Source: Saccostrea echinata (taxonomy: Eukaryota). From it: 64,000 nucleotides of DNA. Positions 63,318 through 64,000 of this stretch are shown in pieces. The notes beneath the pieces are model-generated. The model was not told the DNA's origin. It worked only from the letters and a program-made list of their open reading frames with translations, and ran no database searches. How positions within the stretch are numbered: position 1 is the first letter of the stretch; each line of letters begins with the position of its first letter. A program made the position numbers and the translations under genes. The DNA lies in NCBI RefSeq assembly GCF_033153115.1, contig NW_026889754.1, positions 14,632,001-14,696,000 of the forward strand, in the 5' to 3' direction.

Positions 63318-64000
63318 CGATGTTAATGAAGAATATACGTTTAAAATCGAGCAATTTCAGAGTAATTTTTTTTATTCTGTTGATCTAAATTTGTAGATTT
63401 TACGTTACTTGTTGAAGATTCCTACAAGCAGTTCATGAATCATCCAAGTGTAAAATTTCCCATTGCTTAATCGAAAAGAAAATTAAGTAGACATATAGAA
63501 AAAAAACCTACAAAGATTGAAATCCGTGGAATGAGTTGATGAGTCTATTTCTTTAATGACTAAACATGCATTTATGACAATTATTGTTAATTATTAGTTC
63601 ATTCCATCAGTTCACTGACCAGACTTGCACAGATGACAGTAAGATTTATATAATTAACACACAAGCTTGCATGTAGCCCAAAACTCGGTATTAGTCTTTT
63701 CGTCTATCTGTCCCCCTGTCTGTTTTAAGTCCCTCTGTCCAATTTGGTTCTCAGATTTCTTTTTAATCCCCGTCTATCTTCATAAACTCTTATTATATAT
63801 AAACGTTCTTATTCCACTAAGGCTTCAGGAATAGATTGCAGATTCTGAAAATGTGTTGAAGCTCTTGCGCCTTGGTTTCTTGTAAGTTTCAGCATAATGA
63901 TCATGGAGTGCTTTCATGGATTTTTAGAGAAGTGCATTTAAGAAAAGCTTTTGGTCTTGTTTTTTTTAGTTTCGTTTCATTCATCAGCACTGCTGCAAAC

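Noticed and set aside
61600-64000. Possible coding remnants (62035-62244, 63073-63396, 63660-63960)
   Set aside because: No motif I can identify; frequent stops

Overview
AT-rich eukaryotic DNA, most likely a bivalve (oyster-like, inferred from Helentron-type satellite carriers with ~146-168 bp units and mollusc-type tRNA-SINEs). The window is almost entirely a nest of transposable elements, and no intact host gene is recognisable. In order: (1) a decayed Helitron/Helentron Rep-helicase followed by a spliced RPA70-like OB-fold/Zn-ribbon gene; (2) a motif-rich non-coding element; (3) a gag-only non-autonomous LTR element whose 5' LTR holds a full-length L1/Tx1 LINE; (4) a tRNA-Ser-primed Gypsy with a TA-TSD DNA element (itself holding a TTAA MITE) in pol and a 355-bp TRIM with tRNA-Thr-like LTRs in its 3' LTR; (5) a tRNA-Pro-primed Gypsy with a -1 frameshift pseudoknot and a MYND zinc finger ahead of the protease; (6) several SINEs and Helentron-type satellite carriers; (7) a 5-kb TIR element with a CxxH-type DDE transposase; (8) an intron-split Tc1-like transposase convergent with tyrosine-recombinase and BEN-domain remnants; (9) a 9-bp-TSD MITE. 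Top candidates are the tRNA-LTR TRIM (28095-28449), the MYND-Pol Gypsy, the Tc1/YR/BEN cassette and the Helitron RPA-like gene. All family assignments come from motif recognition by eye, not database searches.
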